Assembly: GCA_009103225.1 (NCBI GenBank)
Contig: RHPI01003587.1
Location: 194,145 to 258,144 of the forward strand
Direction: 5' to 3'
DNA length: 64,000 bases
From: Chlorokybus atmophyticus
Taxonomy: Eukaryota > Plantae > Mesostigma and Chlorokybus algae
The notes beneath the pieces are model-generated. The model did no database searches, was not told where the DNA came from, and saw nothing but the letters and a program-made list of their open reading frames with translations. Both the position numbers and the translations under genes were made by a program. Of the stretch, positions 1 through 11,260 are shown in pieces; the stretch's first letter is position 1; each line of letters starts with the position of its first letter.

Positions 1-987
1 CCAGCAACAAATTATAACAGCGATCACGTTCCCGAGCTGTGTGGCAAATTGGACTCTTTCCACTGCCCTTGCACCTCTGTGTCCTCATCCCAAAAAGTTG
101 CAGTGAGTTTAGCAGCCAGAGGTTGTTGCCTCTCGACGGAGGGGCATGAAGGCTGTTAGCAGCCACGGAGATTGCGTCTGAGTTGGCATGGCAGCCAGCG
201 TCGCGGGTGTCGTGATGAGCAGCGTTATTGACAACGTCGTCACAGGTGGGACGCTTTGCATCACCATAAGTACCGCTGGCATTGTGCTTGGGTTTGGCGA
301 CCTCGATGTGCGCCTGTACGCAGCGTAGCAATATGCGCTGATTAACCAAGCGCCGGACGCCATAGACACAAACATTATAACCATGTTTAAGCACGAGGGG
401 GGCAGACAGTTTGACAATAAAACAACAACAAGCTCAGAAGGACATGAGGAATGACATCAGCCAACAAATTATGCAAGCGATCTATCATCAAACCACTGCA
501 CTCATAGAGGTGCGGCAAGCAGTTGAAGGCCAGGAGCTGTGAAAAAGGTTTCATAATAAGCAAATGCAAGCGAATTGCAATTGCTACCGTGAGTACTTGT
601 ATAGCAATATTGTCAGCCAGCGGTCAGCCTGCTATAACAAGCTCATCAGAAACCAGCCAAGACGTACGTTGCGGCCAACAAATTTGCAAAAGATCGAGGG
701 TACTCGCAGCGCTTTTCATTCAAGGCTGTTTGCGCCATGGTGATGATTGGTGAATCAACAATCATAGCCGCGTTCGACAATCGTGACATTTCAGACGCGG
801 TTCGGGCAGAGGGCCTGGAGGTGTTGTAATACTGCTAGAAGCGGAGTGTCACGTCCAAAGAACTGACTTATCATAACACATGATGTCACTCTCAGTTCCT
901 TACTTATGTGGTAAGTAGGAAGGACTAAGTGATTCCGTATAATCATGGTGTGTATAGCACCTGGCATACGTGCTCATGAAGTCAGTT

Positions 988-1046
988 CTTGTGTAGCTGC
1001 TGGGCCCTTATGCACTTAATGCATAAGGGCCCAGCAGCTACACAAG
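988..1046. repeat. Perfect inverted repeat (27-bp stem, 5-nt loop CTTAA)
   Basis: cttgtgtagctgctgggcccttatgca (988-1014) is the exact reverse complement of 1020-1046. Confidence 0.95.
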
Positions 1047-4000
1047 GCACTGTCAACCAGTAAGTACAGGTTTGGTCAGTGTCAATGCATATTGTCGCAC
1101 AAGCAGCATGTGCTGCCTATGTTTATGTGTCCGAGGGTGGACAAAGTTAGCCTGTGCTGACAGGTCAGCACATAGGAAGCAAGACCTTGTTGGTCTTGGA
1201 TTACATGTGTGCCAGGTCGCAGAGCAGCAAGTAGTATAAGGGCGTGACTACCACCTTGTGGGGCAATGAAATGCTGGCCTTGCGGAGCTATTTGTGTGTG
1301 GAGTGCCTGGCTGAAGCTGTTGAAGGGTGCTCTCCCCATCTACTCCTTGTGGGGGTGCTGCTTGCTGCTTGTTGCAAGATTTGCAATAAGTTGAACTGCT
1401 TGTGCAGAAGTTTGTGACCCTCACCAGCAGGTAAGTGAGAGGTCAGCATGACACGGAGGACTTCGTCACATACGTGCGTTATAGCCAAGCCATGGCTTAA
1501 TCAGCACGCGTGGCCACTGCGTGCAACAGCGGCATCCACGGCGCTGCCAGGCAATCATTCTTGAACTGGCTGCTGCTCGACGTATGTGCGTTGATGTTTG
1601 ACACGTGTGCTGTGATGGCAGGCATCAGCAGCAGCACATGTGAAGTTAATCATTTGCAAAGCATGCTTTGTAGCATTGCTTTATCGCCACCGGTAGATGC
1701 AAGCACCAATGCGTTTCGCAACTTAGCAGAAGGCATGGACGTGGTTGCCATAGCCAGCAACATATACAATTGTTCGGCTAGGTAGGACGTATCCAGCAAT
1801 GGCAAGGTGCTGCGGTTTTCGTGATGCTGCTGCTTCAAACATTGAAGTCGGGGTTGCCCTCTGCCAAGAGAGTGGCTGCTGCCGCTTTGGAGGGTGAAGC
1901 GCAATTTGACGAGGAGCGTCATGCGTTACAACACCCAAAAGCCATGGTTCTATTGCAAAGGTTTAATGGGGTGCTGCAAGATCAGGGGAGACAATTGATG
2001 GACATAGTTGATGTGAAACTAGGGCAAATAAGATTGTTTTTAAGCCAACTAGTTCATTTGATTTACACAAAACAAGCTTTGCTGATCAATATTCTAACCG
2101 CAATAGCTGTTTTTAAATTGATCAGACCCTCTCTCCGTTGTATTGCGAGTGCGCTAATAACCTCATATTTGTAACGACATGATCGTTCAGTTGGGTACCA
2201 TTTTCCAACCGGAAACGGTTTTAATTAGTTTATGAGTGGCTTGTTTTGGCCAATCTACGCATGATGTCACTTAGGCAAGTTCTTTTTAATATCGGCGATT
2301 AGCTTTTGACATTTTAAATTGCATTATTAGTCTGAATGAGTGATTTAAACATGCGTGCTAAGAACAATCATTCCTAATTATATATGGTGTTTATGTGTTT
2401 CATTCGCGACTTTTTTGTTTTTCAATGACACATATAGGATATAATGGATTGTTGCATATCTCAAACGCATGATGTCTGCTTCTTTCATGCACGAGTTTAA
2501 CTGATCATTCAACGCAAGACCGAGGTATATCGTAATTACTGTAAGCATGACGTGCATCTAATGTTTTTGGTGAAGACCATTATTATACTTACTTGTACTA
2601 GTATGTATATGTTTTACTATAGTGTGTATGACAACGGCATGGTTGTACTACCGCCTTATAATCCTCGCGGTTTTTTGCTAAGCCTACGTGATGGATTTCA
2701 CTTGGATTGTGTTGGGAAACATTTCCTAACTCGGCGCGCAATGGGCGCTCCAAACACGGTGCATCATGAGCCAAAACAAGTTCATAACATGCGACTCGCA
2801 TGATGAGAGACACGGGATTCGAACACACGACCACTTGGACAAAAGACAGCTCATTGAGAGCTATACTGATGTGATGACTACGACCACACACCGATGGCAT
2901 AGTGTGTTGAGAGCTATACGTAGTTAGCCGTCTCCAAGGGGTAGGCAGGCTATTTGGTCGCGCATTGCTGGGCTACTTCAAATAGCGTAGTAAATAGCCC
3001 GCCATCGACACCGTGCACAAGACCGCAGCGCGCGACCCGGGAATCCGGAGGCAAGACGTGGCCACAAGAAAAGCTTGATAGGGTAATTGTTTCTAATATC
3101 GTGCAAACAAGACGCCATCGACGATAACTTGTTGATTCATTGGTTTTTTGGCGGTCATGTATACGACAATATTGTTGTACCGGATGTAGCTACACGCCCG
3201 TCATTTTTCAACATCTTTCTAACACCTATAGCATCAGATATGACGCTGCAAAGTATACCTACGTAGGGTGTGTGTGAGGGGTTGGCAAAAATGGCTTGTT
3301 CCCTAATTTTGGCCGAGTGCCAACCACTGGTGCCAACCACGAACTTCTGCATAAGTCTATTACTGTGCGTGAAAGTTTGATTGATTGAAGTTGTATCTAC
3401 TCATACATAACCCGTTGCAAAAGACCGCATGACAAACAAGTAAGTAAGTAGAAACTTATATCCAACAGGGCTATAGAAGATGTTTTTCCCAAATATGGCG
3501 CTTTCAGAGAGCCATTAGAAATTATGTAGGCAGCGCATTACTGCGCCAAAACGCGCAGTTTAAAGTTCAACGCGTCCGTCTAAGCGCGCTCTACAAGCTG
3601 ACAACTTCCTGGCGCCATCCACACTCTCTCTCTCTCGGATGACGGAGATATCAACGAAAAACCAACTGTGGCCGAAATAAGGGTACACGCCAAAAATAGG
3701 AACATTTACCCTATACACAAAACCGCAGCCTCGCTGCATGCGCTTGCAACGTACCGTAGTAATCATTGCACGGTTTGCGACGGTGGACGTCGTGGGTTCG
3801 AGTCTCTTAAACCACTCATATAAACGACGCAATACGCGCCTCCGTGTTGCAGCCTTACAGCGCGCCGAGCTTATTTGAAAAATGTTTCCAACTGTACAAA
3901 CGTCGACCGACTTAAGCCCGGTTCCCATTGGTGTTAGCGTGCAGTTTGCTGACCCGCGGCTCGCTTAACACCAATCGCGCCGCTAACACCGAAACCCATT

Positions 4001-4559
4001 AGTGGTGTTAGGTACGGCGCTCCAAAACCTCGTACTGCACCGCTTACACTTCTCAATGGTAGTGTTAGGGTAAGTGTGGGTTATCCGGGACAGTTTCAAC
4101 GGACAAGGACAGTGCTAGGTGTGTGATTGATGTTATGGGTTGATTTTTTGTACATGCCTAATTGGGCGATTGGGCTATCTAATGGCGTTTCAAACTCCGT
4201 TTTTGGTGTAGTGCATTGTCAGCACTGACGGGTCAAAGACCCGTGTGTACAGGAAGTCAAAGACACAGACGGTAGAAATCGGCTTTTTGCAACCCCGGAC
4301 AGCCTGTTTTGGCTGTGTGTTGGTAAGGCCTGTGAGGTTGATGGCGGCGGGGGTGGCGGGAAAGTGGGTCGCGGGGTAAGGTTGTTGTTGTGGGCAAGGC
4401 AAGGCGGGCGTGGTGCAAGTGTGCATGGGTAGGAGTGGTGTAGGCATGCATGCATGCATGCAAGTTGTGCGTTTCAGCTTGCTTGCATGTAAAGCTTGCA
4501 TTGCACTTTATGTACAAGGGTGGTGTTAGCTAGAACGGCTAGGTGTTGAAGGTGTGTGC

Positions 4560-5282
4560 ATTATGTGCTAGCCACAGGTAGTGTGCATGTTGTCTAGCTG
4601 CTGCCTTGTGCATGGCCTGCTGCCTAACCTCCTTTGCTGCCTTCGCAGCGCGCTCTTGCCTTGCAGCCTCTTCCTTGGCCTTCGCCGCCTCCTCCTTTGC
4701 CTGGCGCTTCTCCTCAGCCAGGGCCGCCTTGGCTGCCTTGCCTGACTCGCGCTTTGCTGCCTTCTCCAGCCTAGCTTGCTCCTACATGGCCTTTTGGTAA
4801 GTGAGATATGCTTCCTATTGACTGCTCTGACTGTGCGCTCCTTCTTGGCTGCCTTTGCAGCTGCCGTACGTGCTGCTTTGGCCTGCAGGTAGCGCACAAG
4901 CTCAGGCGAGGTCAGGATGCACGCGCCATTCAGCCCTGTCAAACTCCTCCTCCGGGACAACCTTCCTCTGCCTCATGTGCCTCCTCAGCCTCCTCTTCTC
5001 TATCACCACCCCCCAACTCTTCCTGCCAAGCACTTTCACCTGCCTCAAGCAAGGCACTAGTGAGAGCATCCCCTTGCAACATTGGCTGTGCTGGTGCTTG
5101 CTCTGCAATGTCGTCGCGGAGCTTGTGGTCAAGTGCATGCCTGTCTCCTGGCCATAGTCCTGCATGTGCATGTGTTTGTGTCCGTTCCATGCATGTGTAG
5201 CATGCATGTGCAGTGCATGCTTGAAGTTGTGCTCACCGCATGCTTTTAAGCTATTGGTGATGTTGGCATATGTCATTGCCAA
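4560..5282 (-). pseudogene. Fot1/pogo-like DDE_1 transposase, 3' fragment (frameshifted)
   Basis: AMTYANITNSLKAC, intron 5236-5160, then GLWPGDRHALDHKL. This is followed by RRRSLTGLNGACILTSPE and a Lys/Ala/Glu-rich tail, typical of Fot1/pogo C-termini. Stops and frameshifts are present. Confidence 0.8.
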
Positions 5283-5677
5283 CACACCGATTGACGTCAA
5301 AGGACCCGTACCTCTGGACCGGGATTTCCTCCTGCTAAATGAAATTAGCGGACCATGCATGGTTCAAACCTCACGTGAATGGTCTCATGGTTTTTTGGGG
5401 TCGCACCATGTATGGCCCCGTCAGTTTCGATTGCGTGAGGACCAGGTAACGTCCGAGCAGCGGACCATGATCAAATCATACAATTGTGAAAATTCAATCA
5501 TTACTGGTCCGGCCAGCGGACCATGAACCTAACATTGATACATTATAATGAGAATTGAGAGTGAATGCATTAAAAGTGGCTTGATCTTCAGCCGACGGAA
5601 CCGGCCACACCCGCCTGTTAGCGCACGAGGCCGCGGCGTTTTTAATATAATTATTTATATGATTAGCCAAGAACACA

Positions 5678-5750
5678 TGCGCTCAGTGAGAATCAAACCC
5701 AGTACCTTTAGTTAGCAAACACGACACCCTAACCACTAAGCTACAAGTGC
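5678..5750 (-). ncRNA. Degenerate tRNA-derived sequence (Pol III A/B boxes) inside CACTA-A1
   Basis: The reverse complement reads GCACTTG-TAGCTTAGTGGTTAGGG...AAAGGTACTGGGTTTGATTC...TGAGCGC: A-box, B-box-like motif and partial acceptor stem. The anticodon arm does not pair, so this is not a functional tRNA. Confidence 0.6.
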
Positions 5751-6039
5751 ACGTACTGGTAGGGACGGCGAAATAGTTGCATCATCTAGTGCAATGTGCC
5801 GACGGCCACTTGGCGACGGTCGATTGATATGCCCATAGGCTTGAGCCCATGCAATGCATGCTATAAGCATGCATAGGGTGTACCAGTATTACTTTGAGCA
5901 AATTCGAAAATGAATGGACAGTCGCAACTCGGCGACTGCCATGGTAATTAAATCACAACATTCGGTCAGGGGGGCTCAGCCGGGGGCTGTCAATGACAGC
6001 CCATTTTAAGAATTAAATACATTTATTGCTATTTGATGT

Positions 6040-6500
6040 ATCCATACATACACGATCACATACATTAATGTTTACATATATATATACATATTTATACACA
6101 TATGTATATACATATATATACACAGAGTACAATGGAATATGTATATATGTGTGCATTTATCATGTTATCAAATTGGTGGCATTGAATAACACTTATAATG
6201 CACAGCGTCAATGTACAACACTTAACAAAACCATTAACATTATATTAATGCTATCATATTGTAACATTCTCTACCGCTTTATGTTCATTTATAAATAACA
6301 GTGTAGTATACAACAACTCATAAGGTCACAGAACATATATGCATTAATGCATATATATGGTAATGTACATATGCATATATACATATATATGCATTAATGT
6401 ATGGACATTATGATAACGATATATAACGATAGTTTAGCACAGTACTATTATATTATATTCTGTTGGTATACATGCATGCATAGATGTACATATGCATGTA
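6040..6500. repeat. AT-rich (TA/TACA)n low-complexity tract internal to CACTA family A
   Basis: tatatatacata-type repeats; homologous tracts at ~9500-9670 and ~51760-52260. Confidence 0.8.
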
Positions 6501-6973
6501 TACAGAACAATTGTATAATACACATTCGCAACTTCGTGGACATGCAGTTATGGTAACTATGTTCATTGCACAGACAGCCACTTACAGCTTATTAACAGCC
6601 CGGCTGTCAATTGGTCGCCGACCATTTGCGGCTGTCCACCTGTCGGTGAGCATTTTTTGACAGTCGAGGCGGCCTGTTAATAAGTTTTGAGCTATATATA
6701 TATTTGTACAATCATTAGTTTATGTGTCTTAGCCTGTCCGTAGGTTTTAAGCAACTTATATTCATACAGTCAGTAGTCTTTATGTAGGTACTCATGGTAG
6801 CGGCAGGGCCGCGGTTATGGTGCGGCGTACTGTTGCATGCATAATACACGGACCAGTAATGTCACTGGTCCCTGCCGCACCATTTATGGTTCGGGACGGA
6901 CCAGATACGGTGCGCGACAGCAGGACCGCAGGGCCGCGGGACCATATCTAACTTGCATGGAAGGACCAGCGTA

Positions 6974-7422
6974 CAGTTTACCCTCTTTAAGAGCATACTG
7001 TTTGCCCCCAGCCATTGTATGCTCTTCGCGAGGTTATTCTCTTGGCGTTTAAGAGAATAATATGCTTTTAGATGTCAAGAGCATATTTATGTTAGTAGCG
7101 CGGTTTCATCACGCCCATTACGTCACGCGTCACGTTTACCCCGTCGCACCGTCACGCTAATTGCGTCTCACACCTTGCCCATCACGCCCTAACCGTCACG
7201 CTCATCACGCCTTATGCCAAACTCGTCACGTCTCCTCCCTCGATGTTAGGAATATGCAAACTCAAACTTGCAAGAATTTCACCGGGAAAAAATATGCTCT
7301 TCGCGGTTAGTCATATTCTCTTAAGCACCAACATTTGCCGGTAAAACCATTAGTAACCTCACATTCTATGCTATAAGCAGGGTTATTCTCTTGAAGCGAA
7401 GTCTCTGAGCAGGGGTAGACTG
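6974..7422. mobile_element. 449-bp internally deleted pogo/Tigger derivative (MITE-like)
   Basis: TA|CAGTTTACCCTC...GGGGTAGACTG|TA. The ends match those of the full pogo at 48130-51273, with the same host flanks. Confidence 0.85.
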
Positions 7423-7600
7423 TATTTGACTGGTCCGTGCCGCACCATGTTTAGTGCGGAACGGACCATGTCTGGTGCGCGACTGCGCACCAGGATGTGG
7501 GGCCCCGAACGGACCAGGAATGGTCCGTCCCCCGCGGACCAGGCAGTCCTGGCCCGCGGGATACGGACAATGAATGGTCCTTGAACGTCAAGTCGTGTGC

Positions 7601-8137
7601 AACATGAATGATTTCGCTGTGATGCTTCACAAACTCGTCCTTGGTCATCATGTCCGGGTTGTTGTCGCAGCATGTGCTTGTGGTGTTCTTCACGGTAACG
7701 AGCCTTGAAGCTAGAGAAGCAAGAGACATCCAGCACCTACAGCAATAGAGGTCAGAGCATGTATTGATTGTTCTATTGTAGAGTATGCACAGCAACACTA
7801 CTTGCATGGTGTGTGTCAGGTGAGGAGGGAGCAGGATGATGTGCACTCCATGCTCTCTAGCCTTGAAGATGAGGTCCAGCTACATTTTGCTATCAATGAC
7901 GAGGATGCATGGGTACTGAGGTTGGAGCCCCCAGCTACGTAGCCTAGGAAGTGGTTGAACCAGGCAGCAAATGTTTCATGTGTCATGTAGGCGTTCTCCT
8001 GTGCATATCATTCATGAGTGCATGCACGTATGAATGGACGGTGAGTGCATGTACAGCACTTACCTGCATGGCCACCATGCAGCCTGGGTGCATCTTTGAG
8101 GTAGTTCTGTGTCTTGCGTTGCCCTTTGTGTATGTAT
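7601..8137 (-). pseudogene. Fot1/pogo-like DDE_1 transposase, catalytic-core fragment
   Basis: Exons read IHKGQRKTQNYLKDAP..CMVAMQ | ENAYMTHETFAAWFNHFL...HGVHIILLPPHLTHTMQ | VLDVSCFSSFKARY...MTKDEFVKHHSEIIHV. These are DDE_1 motifs, with GT-AG introns and frameshifts. Confidence 0.88.
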
Positions 8138-8565
8138 CACACGGATTGACGTTCAAGGACCATGAATGGTCCGTGACGCAGGACCGGGATTTCCCCCTGC
8201 TAAATGAAATCGGTGGACCTTGCATGGTCTGTTTTCATCGACAGTCGGACCGTTCATGGTCCGAATTTCACGTGAATGGTACCATTGTCCCTTGGTACGC
8301 ACCACTTAAGGTCCGGCCGATTACTGTTGCGTCAGGACCAGGTATGGTCCAGCCATCGGACCAGGGACAAAGTCATCACAATACTTCAATAACTGGTCCG
8401 GCCAGCGGACCATCGACCGAAGTTTAATATGAAACAATGCAAACATTAGTGCAACTGCAGTAAAAGTTGAGACATCTTTGCCGGCGGCACCGGCCACGCC
8501 CAACCTGCGGCGCAGGAGGCCGCGGCCAGCTCCGCGGAGTTAGTGGAATGATTAGTCAAGAACAC

Positions 8566-8640
8566 ACCGCATCGGCCGGATTTGAACCCAGTACCTTTAG
8601 CATATCAAAGACGACGCCCTAACCACTAAGCTACAAGTGC
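8566..8640 (-). ncRNA. Degenerate tRNA-derived sequence inside CACTA-A2
   Basis: rc GCACTTGTAGCTTAGTGGTTAGGGCG...AAAGGTACTGGGTTCAAATCC: good A and B boxes, homologous to 5678-5750. Confidence 0.65.
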
Positions 8641-10081
8641 ACGTACCGGTAGGGCCGTATGGCAACCTATATCATGTTGTTTATTGCATGCGCCGACAGC
8701 CGCTTAGCAACTGTCGGCCGGCGGCAGTAATTGCCGATGGACAGTCGGAGATTGTGTGTCACTTTGATAGGCCCATAGGCTGAGCCTATGCAATTGTAGC
8801 ATTTATAGGCTGTACCAGTTACATGGACGGTGGTAAACTACATACCGGTAGCCGCGAACTCGGCGGTTGTCAATACGCCAGTACAATTTGTAGACTTGTT
8901 AGGGGCTGTCATTATGACAATGCTTAGTGATAGTAGCCAAATTGCGACTGTCAATGCAGCCAGTGTACCTTATCGGGCTGTCGATGATTCTGTGGTCGCA
9001 TGAGGCTTTTATAGGCCATTTATGAGGTTATACAAGTAAGGCTATAAGTCATAACATCTGACATTGCTTGCGCTTTTGTTTCATACAAATTATTAAAATC
9101 AATCATACCATAAACTACGCCTAGCAATGCAACATGCGAACAGCATCAACATATGTATTCATGGTATGATATTAACGGTTGTGAACATCATAATAATGTA
9201 ATAACCAACGAACTATATATAATGTAATTACACGCGCAACGCATGGATGTAAATTTGCTTTAATTATAATTGTAGACTATGTAATTGTATAGTAATCATA
9301 ACACTTTGTACAATCATATTTTTATACATTATTTTAGATATATATAATTTTGCATATGAAAGGTCTAATGCACATGTGTACGCGCATCAATATACTTACA
9401 ACAATGTATGTACATGAAATGATAGATATGAAGTAATTGCACGGCTACGTATTGCGGCCGCAATACGTCAATAATTTTTGCTTGTATACCTTAAGCCTAT
9501 TCCTACATGCACACACACACACACGTATATTTATCAACATATATATACATATGCATGTATACATATATATATATACATATGCATGTATACATATATATAT
9601 ATGTATATATACACATATCCATTTATATGTATATATTTATATGTATACACATATCCATTTATACATGTATAGGCCACAAGTGGACAGCCGCAACTGGTCG
9701 GCGGCTGTCAAGTTAAAATGTACATGGACAGCCGGCTGTCATTATACATTGACAGCCGCCGACCATTTGCGACTGTCCACTTTATGGTAAGCAGCGACAG
9801 TCGGTGCGGCCTGTCATTTATTAAATGATGATACACACAATGTACCTATGTACTCGTACATGCAATAACGATACTTCAGTCATGCTACACGTGTAGCGCG
9901 CCCTGCAGGGCCGCCAACCAGCAACATTGCTGGTCCATGCCGCCCCATACATGGTGCGGTACGAACTATGTACGGTGCGCGGCTGCTGGGCCGCTGAGCC
10001 GCGGGCCCACTCCTGGTCCGCATCCAGGAACCAGCGTAGAGTACTGGTCCGTGCCGCACCATACAAGGTGCGGCACGGACC

Positions 10082-10280
10082 ATGGGCATTACTCGTCGGC
10101 TTCAACTATTGGCCGGCGAGTTTTCGTTTAACAAATTAATAAGTAAGTGATTAATACGTATAGTTTAAGTTAGGGTTTGCCTCTGTTGCTTGACACACAC
10201 GTGTCAAGCAACAGAGCAGTTGAGGCCGTCACCTCAGCGGCGGCGTTGTTGGCGACGCTGCTGGCGACGGCGAAAATTCG
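10082..10280 (+). repeat. Split direct repeat A1 (copy A2 at 15997-16195)
   Basis: 199 bp; I see one mismatch versus A2. Contains a 16-bp perfect hairpin at 10181-10216. Confidence 0.95.
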
Positions 10281-10309
10281 GCGAAAGTTTGGGGAGAGGA
10301 GAGAGAGAG

Positions 10310-11185
10310 ATGCCGCCGAAGGGGCGGGCTGTGGCTGCTGGCGGGCAGCGCGGCCGAAAGAAGCCGGCTGCTGGAGCTGCGCAGCCAGGCAAGCAGGCCG
10401 CATCACCGGCCGGTGATGAGGGGCAGGCCAGCGCGGCCAAGCAGCGGCGAGCAGCGCGGAAGGCCACGCAGCCTGCTGCGCCGGTAGCTAGGCGTACGGC
10501 TCAGCCTGTGCCGCCAAAGTCACATGCGGCCGACGCAGAGCCAGAGCCAGAGCCAGAGCCAGAGGTGACGCTGGAAAACGCTGCAGAGCCAGAGCAAGCT
10601 GCCAAGCTAAAGCTGCCCACGGTTCCGCGACGTCAGCGTAGTAGAGTGGAATTGTCATCCACCTCGGAGGAGGAGGAGGACAACAAAAAGAAGAGGTTCA
10701 AGAGGAAGAAGAAGGTGCACAAGAAGAGACGCACGTCGTCCTCGTCATCCACCTCCTCGTCATCATCTAGCTCTGATACGGACAGCTCCGACTCTGGAGA
10801 TAGGCATACGAAATACATCAAGCACATCGGCTTCATCAAGCGCCTGTCCAAGCAATCAGAGACATATGCCTTGTGGGAGGAGTACCGCACGCGCAAGGTC
10901 TCGACTGGTGTGCAGGCTTGCTTCGAGGCGATTGGCCGTGCCCTCTTCACAGGTCCGCCAGTTGCGCAGTTGGTGTCATATCTGTATCAGATGCTGCTCA
11001 CGCACGTGCACGGTAGCGTGGACTTTGCAGCAGCTTTTGCGACCGGGGCTCGAGGTATCATCAACGACGCCCGCATCAACCGCAAACACAAGGAAGCCAA
11101 GGTGATTCGGCGCCTCACCAAGCTCGCCAACAGCTTCCAGGGCAAAGCAGCCATGCAAAAGGCAAAGACTTCTGTCCCTCAGTAA
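10310..11185 (+). CDS. gag: DIRS ORF1, Gag-like (basic/low-complexity N-terminus, helical C-terminus); likely exon 1 of a spliced gag-pol
   Basis: ATG at 10310 (MPPKGRAVAAGG...) just after repeat A, in the gag position. Ends at CA|GTAAGT, where the stop codon overlaps a donor site. Confidence 0.7.
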   Translation: MPPKGRAVAAGGQRGRKKPAAGAAQPGKQAASPAGDEGQASAAKQRRAARKATQPAAPVARRTAQPVPPKSHAADAEPEPEPEPEVTLENAAEPEQAAKLKLPTVPRRQRSRVELSSTSEEEEDNKKKRFKRKKKVHKKRRTSSSSSTSSSSSSSDTDSSDSGDRHTKYIKHIGFIKRLSKQSETYALWEEYRTRKVSTGVQACFEAIGRALFTGPPVAQLVSYLYQMLLTHVHGSVDFAAAFATGARGIINDARINRKHKEAKVIRRLTKLANSFQGKAAMQKAKTSVPQ

Positions 11186-11260
11186 GTCTGTTGCTTGTAA
11201 GAGTTGTAACACCAAACATGCAATGCGCTGACATGCACACATGCACTCTGCTTAACAGTC

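Larger units (their letters stand above)
5283..7600. mobile_element. Non-autonomous CACTA/EnSpm-like DNA transposon, family A copy 1
   Basis: Imperfect TIRs CACACCGATTGACGTCAAAGGACC / CACACGACTTGACGTTCAAGGACC (rc), 3-bp TSD CAA on both sides, many GGACC..GGTCC subterminal palindromes. It interrupts the Fot1-like gene. Confidence 0.9.

Noticed and set aside
1-2200. ORFs at 109-417, 523-753, 1510-1785 and 1821-2174, and a KTLLVLD peptide near 1180
   Set aside because: No consistent domain or splice structure; they read like antisense or shadow frames of decayed sequence.
2550-3930. Possible viral or bacterial gene remnants (e.g. IVVYMTAKKPMNQQVIVDG)
   Set aside because: Interrupted by stops, with no recognisable motif; origin cannot be supported.
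5164-5526. ORFs over CACTA ends (also 7951-8427, 16583-17002, 20123-20905, 41792-42316 in part, 47884-48186)
   Set aside because: Products of GC-rich subterminal repeats (recurring HGLTFKDH.. and GPCMV peptides), not genes.
5678-5750. Functional tRNA gene
   Set aside because: The anticodon and T stems do not pair, and the two copies give different anticodons (TGC vs TGA).
6026-9790. Tyr/Ile/His-rich ORFs (6026-6298, 9437-9790, 51840-52287, 53184-53763)
   Set aside because: Translations of TA/CA/TG microsatellites.
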